IMG/VR virus record: IMGVR_UViG_3300017903_002920
Location: 1 to 47,044 of that record
From: a virus
Taxonomy: Duplodnaviria > Caudoviricetes
Strand: one strand, 5' to 3'
DNA length: 47,044 nt
Shown here: positions 29,501 to 36,679 of the stretch, piece by piece
Position numbering within the stretch: the stretch's first letter is position 1
Layout: each line of letters starts with the position of its first letter
The notes under the pieces: generated by a model
The model's database searches: none
Seen by the model: the letters and a program-made list of their open reading frames with translations, nothing else
Told to the model about the DNA's origin: nothing
Position numbers and translations under genes: made by a program

Positions 29501-29572
29501 TGAGGGACCTACAATAATGGGTCCTCCATTATTTTTCTGGTTAGCTAATTTGTCCGCTCTAAGTAATGACAT
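23534..29572 (-). CDS. Long tail-fibre-like protein with C-terminal intramolecular chaperone (peptidase S74)
   Basis: 2012 aa; repeats ERLRIDSSGNVGIG..NP, GDGS.LT and GSGSGLDAD..DG; ends AYSDINLKENI...LRGVTF...GVIAQEVE..LPE...LLIEAIKE. Confidence 0.9.
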   Translation of the reverse strand: MSLLRADKLANQKNNGGPIIVGPSTISGSLIVTNNITSLSIGVTNNVSIGGSLTVDETLSVEKNASIIGSVGIGTTNPLAGLHIKGEGQTTSDISDSGSFDSFLRLSDDANNSGNGGGIIFSTQQGDVAGSAGFAAIKGLLTNSSNNTIGDLAFSTRLNTSDNTLSESLRILSNGSILSNLSSKYNVASFSRTHYISPFMGGSANQIVVGARNNGFPGIFFTKTTGTETNSNDAVSEGNVLGSLQAFGSNDVGFVRTNAKIDFKADEDFSGSPDNTPGRIEFWTCPPLSTSPEERIRITSGGYVGIGSTNPSSKFSVNGNAIISGILTAQSFYGDGSNLTGLGDTANVRTDTLVVTGVSTLGVVTGVTAIEATTYYGDGSNLTGLGDTANVSTNTLIVSGVSTLSGDVNIGQDLLITRDLQVTRNIHVDGNLTIGGTSATISAETLTITDPDIILGYRTDANGQDISTDDTASHGGVALASTEGSPLINLVGAGETLAPTYKKIMWFKTNSFTGLNTDAWLSNYAFGVGTTSMSSGTKFAVGNIEANFDDFTSVRNINSSGVITATSYVGDGSSLTNVLSDLVDDTTPQLGGDLDLNGNNVTGTSNIILTGSGRIGVGTDTPDTPLDVRTGSTLPAQFVTTTGSSNGAIIRLRKNDTNLSNNDKIGVIQFAGDNGTDSYISEISKIESVVTDATFGSEDGDLTFFTSTNGSSTEKVRINSSGNVGIATENPEHKLHVIGDARITGILTVGTSSLTLDGINDSIQVGSALTIGHSIGLQFHSQSIHSNGMNALDINATGVITATSFVGDGSGLTNVGGGDTSHIVADTFVVTGFSTFKGSGTEVLRITQDVNASVQQEFGIGFAANPNHTNSAALITFEEFDTSDSRGDLVFYTRGTNSDSSPTERLRIDSSGNIGIGTNNPIYGLDVRGTGTIARFGKPNSTDDGLQIDVTNSQYPKLYNPSSADTLSIVSTGSVQVSIDSNNNDTTKAFTVVSNGHSGSGTELFKINESGETTITASSTSALFIKDNSADSSGLKLYSDSAGLSHINAGYGNLVLETSGSERLRIDSSGNVGVGVTNPSEKLEVAGNLILDQSNSQIKLKSGGTGTTGAINFTFNTDSTNYAGLGLEYNTRASVGLRLFSGYPLTLESQTNSYIAFRRGTTETARIDSSGNLGIAINNPGAKLDVYGTARIGGTSDSSRRADFDTNGRLTLAYGDNNNVSNLILANLSSAATTNHGSNIAWNFGTNTSATPITAAAIDVLKSQQWTSTSTTQDSKFKIRLATDGSLVDRFEINGSTSVATFNSSEVVFGGTAVSATEGGQIRLTSASGQSNGDTIIDMNSANLRFFYAGSPNKGAYLTLSSLADGVGSRILTTSDEGSGNGLDADLWDGNQFATYLNQAVLTTSSPSFNQVTLTNNGNGTNVKIGDDAWIGDVNQPNTIRIKGVQNSANGYIIFGDSNTTALGRAGTGALTYGGNTVWHGGNDGSGSGLDADLLDGQNLQAGAATANTVAGRNGSGDIHCRLIRQTYGNQSTISGGLVFRVNNSTDNYLRVCNDMGAVRTFIGANNASNLTTGTIPDARIPDTITPATRVDTKEVRTSNGTELVLNAGESAGKFASQTAEIIYLNAENGVRVCTPSVANYGSGYVEQRTNITGGGIFFNRNTTAMGEITTQDTTWLRINQSTAKNIYTPRYIRADGGFFVDGTTYGINGTGVLLSNTGATIGGNTAWHAGNDGSGSGLDADTLDGAQPSVSAGNNTIVKRHSSGYIFANYFNTTPNDVSSGVTRICCETGNDGYIRHATQAGVRVFIGAGSGNGLDADTVDGFQAASFLRSDANDTATGTITFNGTVNIRTALDLADNDILRFGSGDDVEFFCNGSHMYMDLNSGIGNFYIRDGTTTRYTFNDNGSFTATGNITAYSDINLKENIEVIPDALNKVSQLRGVTFDRIDIEDEPRQSGVIAQEVEKVLPEVVGTTEDGTKTVAYGNMVGLLIEAIKEQQKQIDDLKAKLEENN
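28398..28576. repeat. Exact 50-bp direct repeat within the fibre gene (period 129 bp)
   Basis: CTTACATTAGCAGTATCACCAAGTCCAGTAAGATTTGAACCATCACCATA at 28398-28447 and 28527-28576 (encodes YGDGSNLTGLGDTANV). Confidence 0.9.
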
Positions 29573-29602
29573 TATAAATTATAATTGTCGTCTTATTATT
29601 TA

Positions 29603-30157
29603 TCAACACCCTTTAATTGTGGTTGCAATTTCTCCACCAATATCAGAACCAACATTCTGACCAAAGATGAGTAACCAACCTGATGCTAACCAACCAACAT
29701 AAGGTATTCCACTGACTACTGGTGCAAGACCCGAAGCAACACTAGCTCCTACCAGAGCACCGTTTGATTGACCGCCACCTTCCGCCTTGACGCACTCTTC
29801 GGATCTCGCATTGTTCTTTCCCAGCTCATCAACTCCTACTTGAACTTCAGATTGAGTTCCGGGGACATATTGTCGATTACGAGTTGTTGTTGTTCTGCCA
29901 CCAACACCAAATACCCCGTTGGAGGTATCTACATAAGTCTCTGAATCCAAGACTCTTGGATCATCTCTCTTGTAATCAATACTATAACTACCGTCAGGAT
30001 TTACTTCTAATTTATAAGAAGTATAATCACCAGTTGGGGGATAACTTATCTGAACAGGAATCGTTGATGGTTTCATCGAATTACCAATTAATGCTCCCGC
30101 ATTTACTACACCAACAAATAAAACCAAACCTACGACTGCTTTGTTTACTATAGTCAT
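29603..30157 (-). CDS. Membrane-anchored protein with C-terminal glycine zipper
   Basis: N-terminal hydrophobic helix and GALVGASVASG...GWLASGW...GSDIGG. The start is uncertain (30157 or 30175). Confidence 0.75.
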   Translation of the reverse strand: MTIVNKAVVGLVLFVGVVNAGALIGNSMKPSTIPVQISYPPTGDYTSYKLEVNPDGSYSIDYKRDDPRVLDSETYVDTSNGVFGVGGRTTTTRNRQYVPGTQSEVQVGVDELGKNNARSEECVKAEGGGQSNGALVGASVASGLAPVVSGIPYVGWLASGWLLIFGQNVGSDIGGEIATTIKGC

Positions 30158-30194
30158 AGCGAATATGGTAGACACCTTATTTAGTAAAAGGCAT

Positions 30195-30221
30195 AAAAAA
30201 AGAGACCCTTTCGGGTCTCTT
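30195..30221 (-). terminator. Rho-independent terminator after g23
   Basis: AAGAGACCC-GAAA-GGGTCTCTT continuing into a T tract. Confidence 0.92.
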
Positions 30222-30241
30222 GTAAACCAATGTGAATTGGA

Positions 30242-31672
30242 TCACATGAGGTTCTTGACTGCAACGCGTCTGTAGTAACGGTTGGAGTTGACACGCAGAC
30301 GGCCAAGACCTTGAGTAGTGCCTTCGGCAAATGGGTTTGCAACCATGCCGTAGCGAGTCTTGAAGCCGATCTTTGGCTGGAAGGTGTTCTCTCCAACGGC
30401 ACGAACCATCTGGAGGGGAACATATGGGCAATAGAACAGACCTGCGTCATAAGGTGAAGTACCCTTATAACCAACAACATAATACTGGTTACCACCATTG
30501 GTAGCAGCATTAGCAGCACTCAGGTTTGCAGAATATGGATCGATGTATACACGGAACTTACCATTGATGGTACCAGCAAAGGTGTTACCAGCGTCATCAA
30601 CATTCAGGTTTGCATTCAGTGCAGGGGTGTAATCCAGGATTCCTGCCATGGTCAGTGCGGAAGCAACGTCTGCGGAGCAGAGGATCATATTGCCCTTGCC
30701 ACGACGAGTTCTCTGAGCGATTGCGTTAGCATCTCTCTCAATCTGGAACAGAAGACCCTTGAACTTCTCAACAGACCAACGACCATTGGAGTCGATGTCA
30801 AGGTCAAATACACCAGCAGTTGCGGTGTTAGAAACAGCACCTTGCTCAGCAATCTTGTAGATTGTTCTGATGACTTCTCTGTTGATTTCGGCGAGGATCT
30901 CAGTAGAGAGGATGTTAGCAAGTTCTGCTTCAGCGTTCAGACCGTGAATCGCCTTCAGGTCTTGTGCCAGTTCCAAGGAGTACTCAGCCTTGAGTGCTCT
31001 TGACTTGGCGGTAACAGTAACTTTCTCGATCGAGAAAGCCATCTGGTTGAACTCGTCACCAGTACCAGAACCCAGGTTCTCACCGTCGCCGGTGACCATA
31101 CCCTGACCTACATTGTAGGAGGTAGAAGTTGCAGTACCAACAGGGTTGAGAACTGAAGGATTGGTGCCTGACTGAGAAGTGGTACCCAGACCAGCATTAG
31201 CGTCATCGAAACCTGCGGTCAGGTTAAAGCCATCATCCTGACCAGAGAATGCGGTATCTGCCTCGTTGAACAGTGCCTCAGTACCAGACTGAGTCTCGTA
31301 ACGGGAACGCATTGCAAAGATGAGTCCGGTAGGACCGTTCATTGGCTGAACACCAGCCAGGTCATATGCGACCAGGTTAGGCATTGAACGTCTGATCAGG
31401 GAGATCAGTACGGGATCAAAACCAGCAGTAGGACCAGCGGCGGCGGAATCAGCACCAAAACCACCAGATGCACCAGCAGCGTTTGCGGAATTGGTTGGGG
31501 TTTCCATCAGGTTGATACCTGACTGGAATGCTTGCTCCTCACGGAGGAATTTTTCTTGGTTTTCGAGCAGGACTGCGGTTACAGAACGACGATGAGCGTC
31601 TTTGATGGGATCAAGACCTTCATAGTCGAGAAGTGGACTCCACTTTTCCTGCAGATGTTCTGATTGAAACAT
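30242..31672 (-). CDS. g23: Major capsid protein
   Basis: LLENQ, GVQPMNGPTGLIFAMR, SRALKAEYSLELAQDLKAIHGL and FQPKIGFKTRYG motifs. Confidence 0.99.
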   Translation of the reverse strand: MFQSEHLQEKWSPLLDYEGLDPIKDAHRRSVTAVLLENQEKFLREEQAFQSGINLMETPTNSANAAGASGGFGADSAAAGPTAGFDPVLISLIRRSMPNLVAYDLAGVQPMNGPTGLIFAMRSRYETQSGTEALFNEADTAFSGQDDGFNLTAGFDDANAGLGTTSQSGTNPSVLNPVGTATSTSYNVGQGMVTGDGENLGSGTGDEFNQMAFSIEKVTVTAKSRALKAEYSLELAQDLKAIHGLNAEAELANILSTEILAEINREVIRTIYKIAEQGAVSNTATAGVFDLDIDSNGRWSVEKFKGLLFQIERDANAIAQRTRRGKGNMILCSADVASALTMAGILDYTPALNANLNVDDAGNTFAGTINGKFRVYIDPYSANLSAANAATNGGNQYYVVGYKGTSPYDAGLFYCPYVPLQMVRAVGENTFQPKIGFKTRYGMVANPFAEGTTQGLGRLRVNSNRYYRRVAVKNLM

Positions 31673-31713
31673 TTGCTTTTACCTTTTAGTTGTTGTTTGA
31701 ATTAATGTTTAAT

Positions 31714-32778
31714 TCACTTTTTGAATGCACCCAGTGTTCTGAGATATGCTTCCATAGACGATGCTACAGGAGCTGGTGTTGAATCAACACTCTCAGAAAG
31801 GGTTTGTGGTGCTTCAGATTTTGCGGTAGGTGCCTTAGAGAAGTATGACTCCTTCAAGGTCTCCAGCTTTTCACGATATTCTTCTTCACTTTCAAACTCT
31901 ACACTTTCAGCAAGTGAAGCGAGCTTCTCTTTCTGTGTCTCGGCGAGACCTTCAGAGACAATCGAAAGAACTACATCTGCAGTAGACTCAGCGAGTCTCT
32001 TGCTCAGACCAATGTTCTTGTCGATTTGCTCATTGAGTTTTGTCTCCATATCATCAAGTTTTTCTACCATACTCTCAAGTACATCATACTTATCTTCAGG
32101 GATTACTACATAATGTTCTTCAAAAAGACCCTTCATGCCAGACAGGAAGGATTCAGTCATTTCGGTCTTGAGACCATGTTCGATTGCCAACTCATTCTCG
32201 GTCATCCACTCTTGGCAGACATATTCGAGGTATGAGTCACCTCTCTCGGTGAGTTCTCCCTTCAGGGATTGTCTCTCCTCTTCCAGACGCTCAGCGTACT
32301 GGACCTCCAGTGTTTCCTGGATTTCTTTGATTTTTGAGGTTAATGCTGCTTCAAAGATGACTCTTGCCTTCTCTTTGAATTCTTCGGAGAGCTCTTCACC
32401 ACCAAGAAGTGCATTTACATCTTCTTCGATGTCAACAGTCTCTTCAGTAACTTCTTCAGACTCGGATACAATCTCTTCCTCTTCGAGGACTTCCTCTTCT
32501 GTTTCTGTTTCTTCCATCTTAGCCATCTTAGCCATTGCTTCGGCTTTCTTGGCTTTCTTTGTGACTACATCAGCAACAGTTGCAATCTTAGGTTCGCTAA
32601 GTTTTGCAGAATCGTCTGTTGGTCTGTAGTTCTCAGGGGTAGGACCACCAAGATCTTCATAAGATGTTGACTGACCCTCACCTGGATTAGAGAGCTTATG
32701 CATAGGCTCAGCAGGTTTGGCGTTCGCGTTCACAGCAGTTTTAGATTGCTCCATTTCTTGTAAATCTCCACGAGACAT
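31714..32778 (-). CDS. g22: Prohead core scaffold protein
   Basis: Glu-rich; LSEEFKEKA..IFEAA, YLEYV..EW..EN and TLKESYF; between g21 and g23. Confidence 0.95.
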   Translation of the reverse strand: MSRGDLQEMEQSKTAVNANAKPAEPMHKLSNPGEGQSTSYEDLGGPTPENYRPTDDSAKLSEPKIATVADVVTKKAKKAEAMAKMAKMEETETEEEVLEEEEIVSESEEVTEETVDIEEDVNALLGGEELSEEFKEKARVIFEAALTSKIKEIQETLEVQYAERLEEERQSLKGELTERGDSYLEYVCQEWMTENELAIEHGLKTEMTESFLSGMKGLFEEHYVVIPEDKYDVLESMVEKLDDMETKLNEQIDKNIGLSKRLAESTADVVLSIVSEGLAETQKEKLASLAESVEFESEEEYREKLETLKESYFSKAPTAKSEAPQTLSESVDSTPAPVASSMEAYLRTLGAFKK

Positions 32779-32848
32779 TTGAAGTTACTCCGATTAACCT
32801 TTTTTAATCTATATTTATTTATAATTTATATTTTTCAATAAAGTATTA

Positions 32849-33499
32849 TCAAAGACTGTTTAAGAAGTCATTGAAGAGATCAGCCTTTCTCTCATCAAGT
32901 TGTTTTTGAGTTACGAGAGTGTTGATGGACTTATAAGTTTTTGATGCAAGAGATTCTCTGAGAATACCACCATCCCAGACCCATTCTTTACCTTCCATGA
33001 TACCTTCAACGAAAGCATCAGGAGCAGAAGGATCAGCAACAATATCAGCAGCAGTTGCCAACATAAAGTCAGGACCAACTACATTGACACCTTCCTTTGT
33101 TGCCATCAATGAACCGATTCCTCTAGAAGAAACACCAAGCTTAACTCCTTCTCCGATGAGGGATTCTGCAATCTTACCCATTGGAGTTGACAAGATCTTT
33201 GCCTTTCCGATAAAGTTGTTTCCGCTCTCTTTGAGTGAAACAATCTTGTGACTGACACGATCCAGATTAACTGTCGGACCATCAGGATGTCCGAGTTCTC
33301 CAAGTGCTCTACCAGCTTGAATGTGATTCTCGTTATATCTTTGGACCTCTGTTCTCAGAGTGTCCATTTTATACATTCTGCCATTACGGTTGCAGATATC
33401 ACCTTGAAGGAAAATACCTTCAATATACATAGACTTTTTACCGTTCTTTTCTTCAACGATAAAATCAACTGTCTCGATTTCTTCTCTGATTAGTTTCAT
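32849..33499 (-). CDS. g21: Prohead protease
   Basis: NRNGR.Y, ALGELGHP, GVSSRG.GS and DIVADPSAPDA motifs. Confidence 0.97.
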   Translation of the reverse strand: MKLIREEIETVDFIVEEKNGKKSMYIEGIFLQGDICNRNGRMYKMDTLRTEVQRYNENHIQAGRALGELGHPDGPTVNLDRVSHKIVSLKESGNNFIGKAKILSTPMGKIAESLIGEGVKLGVSSRGIGSLMATKEGVNVVGPDFMLATAADIVADPSAPDAFVEGIMEGKEWVWDGGILRESLASKTYKSINTLVTQKQLDERKADLFNDFLNSL

Positions 33500-33504
33500 T
33501 GTTC

Positions 33505-34053
33505 TCAGGATACTTGTACTTGTTGGATGAATGCCTTGCCAGTTCCAGAATCAGTTTTTACTGCAACTTTGAAAGACTTTCTCAGTGTTGCATCTGGAGA
33601 TGAAAATACATCAGTGACTGAACTTGAGTCATGATTAACTACAATTCTTGTGTTAAAATAACCTCCAACACCAGAAGTGTTATTTACACTCTGTACAGTC
33701 TTATGTTCAAAATCAAAGTTTGATTGACCAGTTACAGTCAATGTGACTGCATCACCTACATCAAAAGGACTTCCTGTTCCTTCTGGAAAATCAATAGTTG
33801 TAGTGGCACCAGTTGTAATACCTACAACTCTTTGAGATGATACAGGACCCAATGAAATTTCAGTGGTGTCAGTGGTTGCTACATAATAATCAGTAGTGGT
33901 TGCTACTGGATTTGCACCATAAGTTACATGAACACCAGCACCTTCTGCAACAATCCTCAAAGAATCGGATTGTTGTTGAAATGCTGTTGTTGTTGCAGAA
34001 GTACCACTTGTAGCAATAGTACTATTAATTCCAACGGGTCTAGTTGCTGACAT
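33505..34053 (-). CDS. Thr-rich beta protein, probably virion-associated
   Basis: Follows a late box (34085-34079) in the head gene cluster. Confidence 0.75.
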   Translation of the reverse strand: MSATRPVGINSTIATSGTSATTTAFQQQSDSLRIVAEGAGVHVTYGANPVATTTDYYVATTDTTEISLGPVSSQRVVGITTGATTTIDFPEGTGSPFDVGDAVTLTVTGQSNFDFEHKTVQSVNNTSGVGGYFNTRIVVNHDSSSVTDVFSSPDATLRKSFKVAVKTDSGTGKAFIQQVQVS

Positions 34054-34084
34054 TATACTGATATAGTTCTATAATACTTATTTA

Positions 34085-34270
34085 TTATTCCCCATCATCA
34101 ACTTCAATTTCGTCTTCAACCTCTGGACCATCAAAAATTGTTGATGCTACATTGGGTCTAATTGCTTCAATATTTTCTGCACTCTTTGCAAACAAAATAT
34201 CTTTTATCTTATCACTAATTTGTGATGATGACTCGTCTGGGCTAACGAGCATATCCATGAGTTCGTCCAT
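34085..34270 (-). CDS. Small acidic protein after the portal (position of T4 prohead core gp67)
   Basis: Follows a late box (34299-34293); the function is inferred from synteny only. Confidence 0.65.
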   Translation of the reverse strand: MDELMDMLVSPDESSSQISDKIKDILFAKSAENIEAIRPNVASTIFDGPEVEDEIEVDDGE

Positions 34271-34296
34271 AAAAAAAATTATTCTACAAAAATTAT

Positions 34297-35979
34297 TTAG
34301 ATGATACCACCTTCGGGACTCGAAACACCATCTGCTTCTGGGTCTTTAGGTGAAGTTGGTGACTGAATTGCATCTGGAGTTTCACCAGTTGGTGGCATAC
34401 CTGGTTCCATAGGTGCACCAGTCATTGGCTCTGCCATTGCATTTGGATCAGGAATTATACCATTTTCAATTTCTTTTTCAATAAGAGTGTCCTGTTCAAT
34501 AATCTCCTCATCAGTTTGACGCAGAATCTGGCGACGAACATAATCTTGTGAGTAATACTTACCAACATAAGGTTCTGCAAGTTGTGCAAGATTCAGTCTT
34601 TCTGTAGTAAGTTCTGCATTCTTGAGTTCCGCAAAATGATTATCATACATGAAGTCATATTGAATATGATCTGCCATGTACTCCCAATCTTCTGGAGTAA
34701 CAACATTCTTGAGAAGAAGTTGAGTTCTCAACATATCGTTGAACATGGAAGAGAATCTCTTTCTCATTCTTCCTACAAACTTGGAGAACTTAATCTCATC
34801 TCTTAGAATCTCAGAAGAACGACCAAGAGAGAAACCACCTTCTCCCTCAATACGAGTTTCGGGAACATTCAGTGATCGATATAACTTTCTTTGGAAATAA
34901 TTGATGTCTGTAATTTCTCCAAGATTTTGACCACCAGGAAGAGTAGTAATTTCAGTTCCTCTACCACCCTCTCTTCTAGGAAGCCAGAAGTCTTCCATCA
35001 TAGACATGTACTTTTTATCATCACGAATTTCACCAGTATTTGCGTCATAGACTAATTTATTTCTATAACGCATCATTACATCACGAAGATATTGTTCTGC
35101 CTTAATCTTTGGAAGATTACCAACATCAATATAGAAAATTCTACGTTCTGGTGCTCTGGAAAGACGATAAATGACCAATGAATCCTCAATCATCATCAAC
35201 TGATTGAGTGGTTTGATTGCTTTATGTAACCAGGATAGTGTAAGACCTTTATTCCTATCTACCAAACCAGATGTACAATAAGTGACAGAATCACGGGTCA
35301 TCTTAATACCCTTTTGAGGATTACCTCCGTATCCTGAACCTCTTGTACCTGTTGAACTATCAGGTGTATAGATAAAATATTCTTCAATCTCAGGATAATT
35401 GTATGCAAGATTATCTGAATTACTGAACTGAGTTCTTGCTGACTGAAGACTATCCTCACCAGTCTTTTTCAATTTTCTTACATATCTAATCTTTGACGCA
35501 TCAATATATCTCAGTTCTTGAATACCTTCTTGAGGATTCTTGAGGTCAATAACTTTATTGTAATAAAGTCTTCCATCAATATACCAATTTCTAAAGATTT
35601 CATGTGACTTCTTGTCAAAGTCTAAAAGTTCGAGAATATAACTAAACTCTTCTCTTACGATATTTTTAATCTTATCACTTGCCTTTAAGTTTGAGAGTTC
35701 AATCTTAACAGGACTATCATTTGTATCCGATACAATTGCTTCATTTACAATATCTTCAATTGCACTATCACACTCTGGATACAGAGCCATTTGTCGATAT
35801 CTTCTGATTAAGTCGGTCTCGTTTTTGTAGAGACCTTCAATATCTAAATTATAACTACCAAAAAAACCACTACTGGCGAAGTTCTCACTTCCATCCTGAT
35901 TAGAGGGTGGGATTGGAGAAACTACACCAGCAGGGGTCTTTTCGCTATCTTCAATTGAAAAACCAAATAATCTGGCCAT
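34297..35979 (-). CDS. g20: Portal vertex protein
   Basis: YRLSRAPERRIFYIDVGNLP and EDFWLPRREGGRGTEITTLPGG motifs. Confidence 0.98.
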   Translation of the reverse strand: MARLFGFSIEDSEKTPAGVVSPIPPSNQDGSENFASSGFFGSYNLDIEGLYKNETDLIRRYRQMALYPECDSAIEDIVNEAIVSDTNDSPVKIELSNLKASDKIKNIVREEFSYILELLDFDKKSHEIFRNWYIDGRLYYNKVIDLKNPQEGIQELRYIDASKIRYVRKLKKTGEDSLQSARTQFSNSDNLAYNYPEIEEYFIYTPDSSTGTRGSGYGGNPQKGIKMTRDSVTYCTSGLVDRNKGLTLSWLHKAIKPLNQLMMIEDSLVIYRLSRAPERRIFYIDVGNLPKIKAEQYLRDVMMRYRNKLVYDANTGEIRDDKKYMSMMEDFWLPRREGGRGTEITTLPGGQNLGEITDINYFQRKLYRSLNVPETRIEGEGGFSLGRSSEILRDEIKFSKFVGRMRKRFSSMFNDMLRTQLLLKNVVTPEDWEYMADHIQYDFMYDNHFAELKNAELTTERLNLAQLAEPYVGKYYSQDYVRRQILRQTDEEIIEQDTLIEKEIENGIIPDPNAMAEPMTGAPMEPGMPPTGETPDAIQSPTSPKDPEADGVSSPEGGII

Positions 35980-36013
35980 TATGATTAACTAGACTGTCTT
36001 GTCTAGTTATTTA

Positions 36014-36646
36014 TCATCTTACCTGAACTTCACCAGCATTACCAGCATTAGATTGAAGTGAATCGCCAATAGTAAAGTATTGATATTCGAATGTTACAGT
36101 GAAGGTTTCGTATGTATTGGTGTCATCATAACTCACTGCAATTTCACTGATTTCCGTTGGGAACATATCATAGAACTTATAAGTTCTAAGAATTGCAGAC
36201 TCACCACCTTCATTCTTCTCTGCAAATTTTTCTTTGCCTCTACCCAGTTGTTGGATATAAGCATCAGTCATGTAGGATGTTGGGTTGGTAACACCAGTTG
36301 CATCATCAAGCTTACTGATGACATTTGCCCATCTTTCAAATGCTGTTCTGAGCAGGAAGTCCTCATCATTGATGACAGTGACAGTCCAAGGTGCGAAGGT
36401 TCTGTCTCCTGCAACTTTCAGAATTCTACCTCTAAAAGGAACTGGGACATTTGCAATTGTAGAAGCAGGGAGTGCCGCTGCCTTACACATGAATTTGAAC
36501 TGACCATTTTCTGCCTGGTCTCCACTTCCCCATGCTTCTGTAATAGATGATGGGAATGTTGGAATCGTGACTTCAAATAGATTGGGGCGGGCCCCTCCAC
36601 CCGCCAGTCTTGTTTTAAATTGAGTTAGGGTTTTTGTTTCAGCCAT
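36014..36646 (-). CDS. g19: Tail tube protein
   Basis: GGARPNLFEV, VPFRGR.LK.AGDRTF..WT.T..ND and FPT.IS motifs. Confidence 0.96.
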   Translation of the reverse strand: MAETKTLTQFKTRLAGGGARPNLFEVTIPTFPSSITEAWGSGDQAENGQFKFMCKAAALPASTIANVPVPFRGRILKVAGDRTFAPWTVTVINDEDFLLRTAFERWANVISKLDDATGVTNPTSYMTDAYIQQLGRGKEKFAEKNEGGESAILRTYKFYDMFPTEISEIAVSYDDTNTYETFTVTFEYQYFTIGDSLQSNAGNAGEVQVR

Positions 36647-36679
36647 TAGTTAGATCCTCCTTAAGTTATTTAATAATAA

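Noticed and set aside
30177-30519. Two alternative-frame ORFs running past the g23 stop (possible capsid frameshift extension)
   Set aside because: They would add only about 20 residues through the terminator hairpin, and I found no clear slippery site.
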